DNA of 64,000 bases from an uncultured Chloroflexia bacterium (lineage in GTDB: Bacteria; Chloroflexota; Chloroflexia; QHBQ01; JADMIH01): NCBI GenBank assembly GCA_963797095.1, contig CAWCNY010000006.1:416001-480000 (forward strand). The letters are read 5' to 3'. The notes beneath the pieces were generated by a model. That model was not told the DNA's origin and made no database searches. It worked only from the letters and a program-made list of their open reading frames with translations. The position numbers and the translations under genes were made by a program. Positions 52,128-60,430 of the stretch are shown in pieces. Numbering within the stretch: the first letter of the stretch is position 1; every line of letters starts with the position of its first letter.

Positions 52128-52412
52128 ATGATTTATCTGTTGGTCCGGCATAACGTCGAGGACTATGCCAAGTGGAGGCCGGTGTACGATGGGCACGAGG
52201 CTTTCCGCAAGCAGATCGGCTCGAAAGGCGCTCGCGTGCTGCGCGATGCTAATGATCCGACGAACGTGGTGGTGATCACCGAGTGGGCAAACGAGCAGGA
52301 TGCACAGAATTTCGCGGAGTCACCCAATCTGCATGAAACGATGGGCCGCGCCGGTGTGGTTGGTAAGCCGGACATCTACTACCTGGAGGAGATCGACCGC
52401 CAACCGGCCTAA
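52128..52412 (+). CDS. Small dimeric alpha-beta barrel protein (ABM/cyclase-like)
   Basis: HNVEDYAKWRPVYD..M.RAGV; AAGGAG RBS. Confidence 0.8.
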   Translation: MIYLLVRHNVEDYAKWRPVYDGHEAFRKQIGSKGARVLRDANDPTNVVVITEWANEQDAQNFAESPNLHETMGRAGVVGKPDIYYLEEIDRQPA

Positions 52413-52664
52413 TCGGTCTGATACGAGTGAAGTAGAGAGTAGGGTGCACAGGATCTCTTGGTCTTGTGCACCTTTTGCTATTTGCGTGCAGTGAGGATTC
52501 TTATGCGCCTCGTATACTGAGTGGCACTGATGGTACGAAACGGGACAGGTTTTGGAATGTACTTTGGTACAGTTTCTTCTGGTGGATTGCGTATGGAGGA
52601 TGGGTAGAAAGGGGTATAATGGAAGTCCAGCTACCGGCTGATTGCTTGTATGCGAGAGTGATCT

Positions 52665-55600
52665 ATGACTACCTTCTGTCCCAATTGCCGACAATGGAGC
52701 GCTTTGCCCGCCGACCTGGGGGTGATGCAAGGCAACACCCTTGTAATGCCGAAGTGCGAACACTGCGGGGTCGTCCTGCCTGTGGAAGGACGCTACGGGT
52801 TGTGCGCTGAGTGCGGGCGATATCACAGGACAGATTATGAGATTTGCCCATTCAAGGTCGATGGACTTGATACTGGTGCCTCTGCGACCGAGTCACCCGG
52901 ACCTTACAGCATCGAAGCTCAGAAGCGACGGCCCAAGAAGCGCAGCGACGAGTATTACTGGCAATTGTACTTTGATTATCGGGACAAGCAGGATGAGGAT
53001 AGCACAGGGCCTCAGGTACCGAGCGCCGGGCCTGCCGAGGAGAGCAGCACAGAAGAGGAACCGCCCCACCCGGCTGATATGGCCGGCTATGTGCCCGCTG
53101 GCAGTAACGGCAATGGATATGGGCGTACCCCCTACGGTAATGGGGCAAACGGCGGATTGTATGGGCATGGCACGAACGGCAACGGCAACGGTAAGGGTAA
53201 CGGGTATGCTAATGGCAATGGTAAGAAGAACGGCCATGGCGCTGCCACCAGGGTTGACCTGGCAGTGGCGGAAAGTGTGTCACTGACCCTCTTTCCTGAG
53301 ATTGAGGCCGTCGAGTCTGTAGAAGAAGCAGCGCCTACGCATGTTAGCTCTGCTGGAAACTACAACGAGTTCGAATATGAATTGATTAGCGACCCGTCGA
53401 GGCTGGCCGAGGTGGCGGAGCTACTGGCTTCGGAGAAAGTAGTGGGCCTGGATACGGAAACTACCGGGTTGGACCCCTACACAGCCGCGCTATTGCTGTT
53501 GCAGGTGAGCACCACCGATAGGGTCTATATAGTTGACTGCAAGCGCGTGGTGCCCCTGGCTTTGAAGCCGCTGCTGGAAAATCCCGATGTCATGAAGGTT
53601 GCGCAGAACGCCAAGTTCGAATACGTGATGCTGCGGCAGCAGGCAGGGATCACTGTCAATAACCTGTTCGACACAATGCTCGCCGAGCGGCTCTTGACGG
53701 CTGGGATCGGGCGCGAGATTTCATTGAAGGCCATCGCACACAAGTATATCGGGGCAACGCTTGACAAGAGCGTGCGCGAGAGCTTCTATAAGCTGGCGAT
53801 GCACGGTGATGCCTACCTGGCCCCTGAGCAATTGCATTACGCGGCGCGGGACGCATACATCATGATCCCGGTGTGGCGGCAGATACTGCCCGATTTGAAG
53901 AAGCAAAGGCTGGTGCAGGTGGCAGAGCTTGAGTTCAGGTGCATACCTGCGGTGGGCGACCTGGAGCTTGCGGGCGTGCAGATCGACGTGGATCGCTGGC
54001 GCAAGATCATCGCGGATGTAGCTGTGCAGCGTGAGAAATCGGCTGAGGAGTTGAGCGAATTGCTGGCGCCCGCAACCATGCAGGCCACTATGTTCGGGGT
54101 GCCTTCGATAAACCTGAACTCGAACGTGCAATTGCTCGATGCATTCGCAACCCTTGGTGTGAATCTGCCCGACACAATGGAGGCAACGCTGGTGAAGTTC
54201 GACCACCCGGCGGTTGCCAAATTGCTGGAATATAGATCGCACGAGAAGACGCTATCGGCTTTCGGGGAGAACGTGCTTGGCCTGATAAACTCACGGACGG
54301 GAAGAATACACCCCGACTTCAACCAGTACGGGGCCGATACCGGACGCTTCTCCTGTACCAAGCCCAACGTGCAGCAAATCCCTGCAACTTCCGATTTCCG
54401 TAAATGTTTCGTAGCCGCGCCAGGCTATAAGCTGGTCACCTGCGTAGCGGCCGGCACGCGCATAGCCACCACGCGAGGACTTCTTCCCATTGAAGATGTC
54501 GAAGTAGGCGACCGCGTGCTGCAGGAAGACGGGTCAGCAAGATGCGCCAATCGCGTCATCAATCAAGGCATAAGACCCACAGTGAAGATCAAGACCTCCC
54601 TAGGATATGAAATCGAGGCGACCCCCGAGCACCGGGTAAGGGTCATAGATGGCGATGGCTGCTACGTTTGGCGAGAGGTCCAGCATCTGGCTGAAACCGA
54701 TCGTATAGCTATCAAGCTGGCTACACCTTTCTGCGAGAACGCTGTACCGCCTGCTCTGGAATATGCCGAGTCGGAGCATTGCAACTCTGTGAACAGGAAG
54801 CTACCCGAGAGTGTCACACCTGAATTGGCGACGCTGTTCGGCTATATCACTGGTGACGGCACGCTATGCGAGGACTACGTCGGATCGGTCGTTAACGCTC
54901 AGGACGAAGATCTGGCCGAACACCTGGCTCAATCGGCCGATAGACTTTTCGCTATTCAGGGAAGGACCTACACTTACAGAGGAGTAATAGAGCACCGTCT
55001 CCATAGTAAGCAACTACTTAAGTGGCTGAGAAAAGCCGGGGTAGCCAAAGACAGGGTGCCTTCTATCCTGTGGACTTCAAGCACGAACCTTATCGCTGCC
55101 TATCTACGGGGTCTCTTTGAAGCTGACGGATCTGTTCAGAATACAAACACCGGACGCATCAGTTTCTCGACCATTCACGAGCAACTCGCCCGGGAGGTGC
55201 AGCAACTTCTCGCAGCTTTAGGTATTGCATCGGCCAGGAAGAAGGTTGAACATGGCAAAGGAATTGGCTACATTTGGGTCATTACCATCCCTTCTAATTG
55301 GAAAAGCAGATTTCGGCGAGAGGTAGGCTTCCTATCTCAACGCAAGAGGAATGCTCTGGATGCTCTGATACTCACCTATAAGGTAAATCAGCACACGGGT
55401 GGGATGCCAATTTTGAGGGCCAGGGCGCGAGCGCTCGCCGGCAAGGAGTCTGGAGAGGTCAACTTGCTGCTGGCGAATACTCGCTTCCGTGGGAGCGTGG
55501 TCTCCGAGGATCTATCCAGGCAGATCAGGGAGGTGTCTGCCACAGCATATGCTCAGCTGGAACTCTACAGAGTAGTAGAATATTCCGTTATCTTCGATAT

Positions 55601-57458
55601 GGTCAAGTCGGTGGCACCAGGTGAAACGCAGTTGGTGTATGATCTGACTGTAGAAGGCACATCCACATATGTGAGCCATGGCTTCGTCAGCCACAATTGC
55701 GATTACTCGCAGGCCGAGCTTCGTATACTCGCAGAGCTGAGTGGAGATGAGGCTTTCGTGAGCGCGTTCAAATCGGGGCAAGACCTTCACACCCTCACAG
55801 CGTCGCAGATGTTCGGCGTGCCTGTTGACCAGGTGCAGAAACCGCAACGGTCGGCTGCTAAGGCGATCAACTTCGGTTTGGCTTATGGCATGGGGCCAGG
55901 CGGCCTCGCTCCCCGCCTGGGTGTGAGCCTCGACGAATCGAAGAGCCTGATCTCCAAGTATTTCGCGGCTTATCCGGGCATACAACGGTGGCTGGACAAA
56001 GCGGCCAAGGACGCAGTCAGGTTGGGGTACAGTGTCACACCATTGGGCAGGAAGCGCTTCTACAATATGCCCGACGAAAGCCTGAAGCGGCAAAACGAGG
56101 ATGAATGGCGCAGACAGATAGGGGCGATTGAGCGTCAGGGCAAAAATTCACCAATTCAAGGTTGTGTTGTAGGGAGCACCCGCATATTTGAGGAAACGCA
56201 CGGGTATGTGCCCATCGAGAGCTTGCGTGGACAGGTGGTATCGGTTTGGGATGGTACAACTTTCTCGCAGGCCGTGGTGGTGTACAGCGGCAAGAAGCAG
56301 CTAGTGCGCATACATCTGTGGGATGGCAACTATATTGAGTGCAGCCCCGACCATCGCTTCCTTGTGCGGCCTACAACCGGCAGCGATATGTGGAAGACAC
56401 CTGCGGAGTTCAAGGCACAGAATAAACTCATACTTGGTGAGGCGGTGCCACCCTGGTCGCTGGTGCCGACAATGCCTGTACGCAGGCATAGCCCGGTGTG
56501 GAATGCCAAAAACGTGAGCTTGAGTCAGATTACCGATCCTGCGGCGTTAGGCGAATGGCTTGGGCGGCTGGCCTCGGATGGCTCGCTGCATAATGGAGCG
56601 GCATGCCTGCTGGTGGCCGAGCACGAGGAAGAAGTACTATTGCCACGACTGCGTGAGATCAGCCCTCAACTTGGGTATGTAGGATACAGCGTGCGCTCTA
56701 CCCTGGAGAAGCCAAAGCGTTTCCATAGGTTGAACATCTCATCGCGAGCCATAGTCCATGAGCTTAGAGAACTGGGCATCAAGGAGCGCGTGCCTGATTG
56801 CGCGTGGCAGAATGGTGCTTTGCTTGCGGGTTATTTGCGCGGGATGTTCGACGGTGACGGCACCGTAAACAGAGATGATGCCTTTCTGGTCTTTGGTCGT
56901 GGGGCTAAACATCTGCGTTGGGCGCGCGAGATTCAGCAGGCGCTGCTCTTGTTTGGAATAAGGAGCCGAGTGAACGTATGCGCAGACCGGATCAATGTGC
57001 GCGTAGTTAAGAAGGATGTGCCGATTTTCTGCGAACAGATCGGATTCATGAACCCGCAAAAGCAGGCGAAAGCTGAGTCAGTATCGGCCCGAGTGACTGA
57101 CATAAACTATGGACGTGGAGTGCGCGTGAAGTCGGTCGAGTTCACCGACAAGTGGGTCGATATGTACGATGTTGTCAACAGCCAAACCGCACGGTTTATG
57201 GCGAACGGCTTGATAGTGCACAATTGCAACGCAGATATGACTAAGTTGGCGCTTATCAATTTGCGCGCTGCTTTGCGCCGTTGGGACGCCCGTACCGTGA
57301 ACACGGTGCATGACGAGATCGTGGTTGAAGCGCGGGAAGATCAGGCCGAGGAAGTGAAGCATATCGTTGAAGGGGCGATGATTGGCGCAGGGCAAGCCAT
57401 ATTGAAAGAGGTACCCATCCTGGCCGACGCTTCGATTGCAGATTACTGGAGCAAGTAA
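52665..57458 (+). CDS. Family A DNA polymerase (Zn-ribbon, 3'-5' exonuclease, polymerase) with two inteins
   Basis: DTETTG, YAARD, TGRFSC..PNVQQIP, DYSQAELR, RSAAKAINFGLAYG, NSPIQG, VHDE; no 5'-3' exonuclease. Confidence 0.93.
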   Translation: MTTFCPNCRQWSALPADLGVMQGNTLVMPKCEHCGVVLPVEGRYGLCAECGRYHRTDYEICPFKVDGLDTGASATESPGPYSIEAQKRRPKKRSDEYYWQLYFDYRDKQDEDSTGPQVPSAGPAEESSTEEEPPHPADMAGYVPAGSNGNGYGRTPYGNGANGGLYGHGTNGNGNGKGNGYANGNGKKNGHGAATRVDLAVAESVSLTLFPEIEAVESVEEAAPTHVSSAGNYNEFEYELISDPSRLAEVAELLASEKVVGLDTETTGLDPYTAALLLLQVSTTDRVYIVDCKRVVPLALKPLLENPDVMKVAQNAKFEYVMLRQQAGITVNNLFDTMLAERLLTAGIGREISLKAIAHKYIGATLDKSVRESFYKLAMHGDAYLAPEQLHYAARDAYIMIPVWRQILPDLKKQRLVQVAELEFRCIPAVGDLELAGVQIDVDRWRKIIADVAVQREKSAEELSELLAPATMQATMFGVPSINLNSNVQLLDAFATLGVNLPDTMEATLVKFDHPAVAKLLEYRSHEKTLSAFGENVLGLINSRTGRIHPDFNQYGADTGRFSCTKPNVQQIPATSDFRKCFVAAPGYKLVTCVAAGTRIATTRGLLPIEDVEVGDRVLQEDGSARCANRVINQGIRPTVKIKTSLGYEIEATPEHRVRVIDGDGCYVWREVQHLAETDRIAIKLATPFCENAVPPALEYAESEHCNSVNRKLPESVTPELATLFGYITGDGTLCEDYVGSVVNAQDEDLAEHLAQSADRLFAIQGRTYTYRGVIEHRLHSKQLLKWLRKAGVAKDRVPSILWTSSTNLIAAYLRGLFEADGSVQNTNTGRISFSTIHEQLAREVQQLLAALGIASARKKVEHGKGIGYIWVITIPSNWKSRFRREVGFLSQRKRNALDALILTYKVNQHTGGMPILRARARALAGKESGEVNLLLANTRFRGSVVSEDLSRQIREVSATAYAQLELYRVVEYSVIFDMVKSVAPGETQLVYDLTVEGTSTYVSHGFVSHNCDYSQAELRILAELSGDEAFVSAFKSGQDLHTLTASQMFGVPVDQVQKPQRSAAKAINFGLAYGMGPGGLAPRLGVSLDESKSLISKYFAAYPGIQRWLDKAAKDAVRLGYSVTPLGRKRFYNMPDESLKRQNEDEWRRQIGAIERQGKNSPIQGCVVGSTRIFEETHGYVPIESLRGQVVSVWDGTTFSQAVVVYSGKKQLVRIHLWDGNYIECSPDHRFLVRPTTGSDMWKTPAEFKAQNKLILGEAVPPWSLVPTMPVRRHSPVWNAKNVSLSQITDPAALGEWLGRLASDGSLHNGAACLLVAEHEEEVLLPRLREISPQLGYVGYSVRSTLEKPKRFHRLNISSRAIVHELRELGIKERVPDCAWQNGALLAGYLRGMFDGDGTVNRDDAFLVFGRGAKHLRWAREIQQALLLFGIRSRVNVCADRINVRVVKKDVPIFCEQIGFMNPQKQAKAESVSARVTDINYGRGVRVKSVEFTDKWVDMYDVVNSQTARFMANGLIVHNCNADMTKLALINLRAALRRWDARTVNTVHDEIVVEAREDQAEEVKHIVEGAMIGAGQAILKEVPILADASIADYWSK
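54441..55697 (+). mobile_element. Intein 1 (419 aa) with LAGLIDADG endonuclease
   Basis: VT|CVAAGT...TPEHRV...LFGYITGDG...YLRGLFEADG...VYDLTV...SHN|CDYSQ. Confidence 0.93.
56163..57224 (+). mobile_element. Intein 2 (354 aa) with LAGLIDADG endonuclease
   Basis: IQG|CVVGST...SPDHRF...WLGRLASDG...YLRGMFDGDG...MYDV...VHN|CNAD. Confidence 0.93.
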
Positions 57459-58007
57459 CGCATAGCGATTTCTTTACTGCTGGTGCTAGTACTAGGTTGT
57501 GGTACCGCGTTTTGCGGAAGTACACACAAGTGCTTGTTGCAGTCGCTTATTTATGGTATACTTGCGTTGACCGAGAGACACGTGCATTGGCTATGTGCAT
57601 GATGGCTCAAGGTTGTGCGTGATTGCTATTCTATAGAGATTTCCCTGATTGACACCGGGACTTGCAACTCTTGTTAGCGCTCACGCGTTGATTTGTTCAG
57701 AGGATTTTGTCTGGACATCGACAGGGTACGTATAGCCAACCTTGAAATCGGGCACTCTTTTGCCCAGACCTTGAGCCCCGGGCCTTGAGCATGGTATTCT
57801 CGATGTGAGAGGCATGTTGATACTACCCATTATGTCTGCGTAAGGTTCCGCCCAGTACATTGCTGTCGGGGTTCCAAGATACACGAAGGGAGACTGCGGC
57901 CTATGTAGGAGCCAAAGACGTGCTGTGTGGTCGCACGTAGCGGCCCTATCCTTGGACCCACTGGGGTTTATCGTTTTAGTCGTGACATACTCACGTTGGA
58001 GGGATAG

Positions 58008-59420
58008 ATGAGGAAGAACATCCTATCATGGTTACGCCTGCTGGCGGTACTCATAATGGCTATGCCTGCGTTTGCAGCACAACCTGCTGTCGCGCAGGGT
58101 AATTGCCGCACCTTTGCCGAGACGGCAAAGACGGTGTGCGACCAGTTCCTTGCTTATTGGAACGCCAACGGTGGGTTGGCGCAACAGGGTTTCCCGATCT
58201 CGGAAGTGCTGTCTGAAACCAGTGATACAGATGGCAAGATATACACCGTGCAGTATTTTGAACGGGCAGTGTTCGAAATGCACCCTGAATTCGCGGGCAC
58301 ACCGAACGAGGTATTGCTGCAACTGCTGGGTGTTTACTTCTGGAACAGGCGCTACTCCAGTGCTGCGCCGAATCAGGTTGCCAACTCAGACCCAGGTGCT
58401 CGTGTGTACCCGGAGACGGGCAAGACCCTTGGCGGCACTTTCCAGCAGTATTGGGATTCGCATGGCGGCTTAAGACAGCAAGGCTACCCGATCTCCGATG
58501 AATTTATCGAGGTCAACGACCTCGACGGTAAGCCTTACAGAGTGCAGTACTTCGAGCGAGCAGTGTTCGAATACCACCCTGAATATGCGGGTACACCGAA
58601 CGAGGTATTGCTGTCGCAGGTAGGCACGTTTGCTGAGCGGATCAGGCACGCCCCAGTTGCTCCACCCACATCTACCCCTGCCCCGGTACAGCCGACAGCC
58701 ACTCCTATACCGGCACAGCCTACGCCTACCACCCCATCGGCTCCTCCGCCTTCGGACCCGTGCGCCGGTATACCGCCAAGCACCGATGCGTCTGTCACGC
58801 CCCCCTGCGGCCCGGCCGGAAGCAGGTTCACATTCAGTGGCAGGGGTTTCCAGCCCGGCGAGAATGTGGGCGTGTATGTTACCACGCCTGACGGCGCTGT
58901 GTATGGCGCTAATTTCCAGGTTGAGGCCGACTCAAATGGGCAGGTGGGCGGTGTCTACATAGATACCCTGCCCGGCGACCCTACAGGCATATGGGCTGTG
59001 ACCTACGAAGGCGTTACCACTCACAAGAAATCTATCGGCTACTTCAAGGTGTACTCTAATACTCCGCCTACTCCTACACCCGTTGCGGGTGGTGGCGGTG
59101 GCGGCACTTGCGATACCTCGGGCAGCGTGAACGGCACGGCTACGCCCAATTCAGGCGGCCCTGGTACAGTCATTGTATTCAGGGCAACCGGCTTCACCCC
59201 AGGCGAAGACGTTTCTTACTGGCTTACTTTGCCCGATGGTAGCGTGGTTGGCACCAGTTCACCCGTACCTGACGGTGTCAACTCCGACGGTTCGGTAGGC
59301 CCACTCTCGCTCACGATCACCTCAGGCCTTGCGAGTTTGGCCTCAGGCCGCTGGGCGATCACCTTCGAGGGTGCGAGCAGCCATCACCAGGCGATTATCT
59401 ACTTCTGCGTGCACCAGTAA
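58008..59420 (+). CDS. Secreted protein with two YFERA repeats, Pro-rich linker and two Ig-like domains
   Basis: Signal peptide; repeats as in 2820..4031; duplicated GF.PGE.V..T.PDG..G.WA.T.EG. Confidence 0.8.
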   Translation: MRKNILSWLRLLAVLIMAMPAFAAQPAVAQGNCRTFAETAKTVCDQFLAYWNANGGLAQQGFPISEVLSETSDTDGKIYTVQYFERAVFEMHPEFAGTPNEVLLQLLGVYFWNRRYSSAAPNQVANSDPGARVYPETGKTLGGTFQQYWDSHGGLRQQGYPISDEFIEVNDLDGKPYRVQYFERAVFEYHPEYAGTPNEVLLSQVGTFAERIRHAPVAPPTSTPAPVQPTATPIPAQPTPTTPSAPPPSDPCAGIPPSTDASVTPPCGPAGSRFTFSGRGFQPGENVGVYVTTPDGAVYGANFQVEADSNGQVGGVYIDTLPGDPTGIWAVTYEGVTTHKKSIGYFKVYSNTPPTPTPVAGGGGGGTCDTSGSVNGTATPNSGGPGTVIVFRATGFTPGEDVSYWLTLPDGSVVGTSSPVPDGVNSDGSVGPLSLTITSGLASLASGRWAITFEGASSHHQAIIYFCVHQ

Positions 59421-59446
59421 GGCAGGCGGATAATCCAATTCCAAGA

Positions 59447-59483
59447 TAAACAAAAATGGCGGCCAAGCCGCCATTTTTGTTTA
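59447..59483. terminator. Bidirectional hairpin
   Basis: ATAAACAAAAATGGCGGC-caa-GCCGCCATTTTTGTTTAT. Confidence 0.8.
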
Positions 59484-59519
59484 TTCTAAAACTCTCATCC
59501 TCACAAGAAAAGGGAGGTG

Positions 59520-60296
59520 TCAGGGGATATACAGACCTTCTTTGCCCTCGTGGTGATCGACATTGGCATACGCCTCTATGAAGCGACGGATGCGGGCTTC
59601 GTCCAGCGTATCGAGGCGGTCGATACGGCCCCAACTGGTGAGTACAATAGAGTTGGAGAGACCGGGATAGGGAGACATGAGGACGTTGTTCTTCTCAGGA
59701 CTGGCGAGATATGCGTCTGTAATCTGGGCCAGTTTGTCTACGGCTGCCTGGTCGAGGTCGGGCTGATAGTTGATAACTACGCCCCCATCTTCGAGGCCGT
59801 GAACCTGAAGCTCCTTAGGTATGGGAGTGCTGTAGACCTGGAAGTTAGGAATATTGGCGGTGTGGGGGCCGGATGTGGGCGGGTCGGTGCTGTAGGGGGT
59901 GTGGGGATCGGTGGCGTTGGTCAAATGTGTTCGGTCAACCATCACGTCAACACCCTGGCCGGGTTTGCCCGCTTCGCGGATGATGAGCCACCCTACTATT
60001 GCCACTAGAGCGACCACCACGATGGCAATTATGCCGTACCTGCGGAGGTTAGCCTGGCGCTTACGCTGCTCGGCCTCGGCGCGGGCCTGGGCCTGGCGCT
60101 GGAGTCGCGCTTCTTTGCGGGCAGCTTCCTGGGCAGCCACTGCCTGGGCATCCACGGCAGCAGGCTTGGGCTTGGCTTGCTGGGTTTGGGCTTGTCGGGT
60201 TTGCTGACCTTGTTGACCTTGTTGGCGCTGCTGGCTCGATTGGTTCTGCCCGTAAGGTTGCTTGCGTTTTTGCTTGGAAGGATTCTTGGTGCTCAA
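59520..60296 (-). CDS. DUF3105 membrane protein
   Basis: YSTDPPTSGPH, VHGLEDGGV, SPYPGL..IVLTSWG. Confidence 0.85.
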   Translation of the reverse strand: MSTKNPSKQKRKQPYGQNQSSQQRQQGQQGQQTRQAQTQQAKPKPAAVDAQAVAAQEAARKEARLQRQAQARAEAEQRKRQANLRRYGIIAIVVVALVAIVGWLIIREAGKPGQGVDVMVDRTHLTNATDPHTPYSTDPPTSGPHTANIPNFQVYSTPIPKELQVHGLEDGGVVINYQPDLDQAAVDKLAQITDAYLASPEKNNVLMSPYPGLSNSIVLTSWGRIDRLDTLDEARIRRFIEAYANVDHHEGKEGLYIP

Positions 60297-60430
60297 CTAT
60301 CTCTCCTGAATACTATAGCGGTGCTCCGGGATGGGAACCAGGACATGAGTATAATTCGCGTTCGTATTTATTGTACCATACTGGTTGGCAGTCGGTAGTC
60401 AGGAACCAAAAACCAGGAACTATAGTCCAA

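Noticed and set aside
52665-57458. Prophage around the polymerase
   Set aside because: No structural, helicase, primase or integrase genes nearby
57840-57980. c-di-AMP riboswitch
   Set aside because: Only a short CCCGACAGC-like match on the opposite strand; other conserved elements absent
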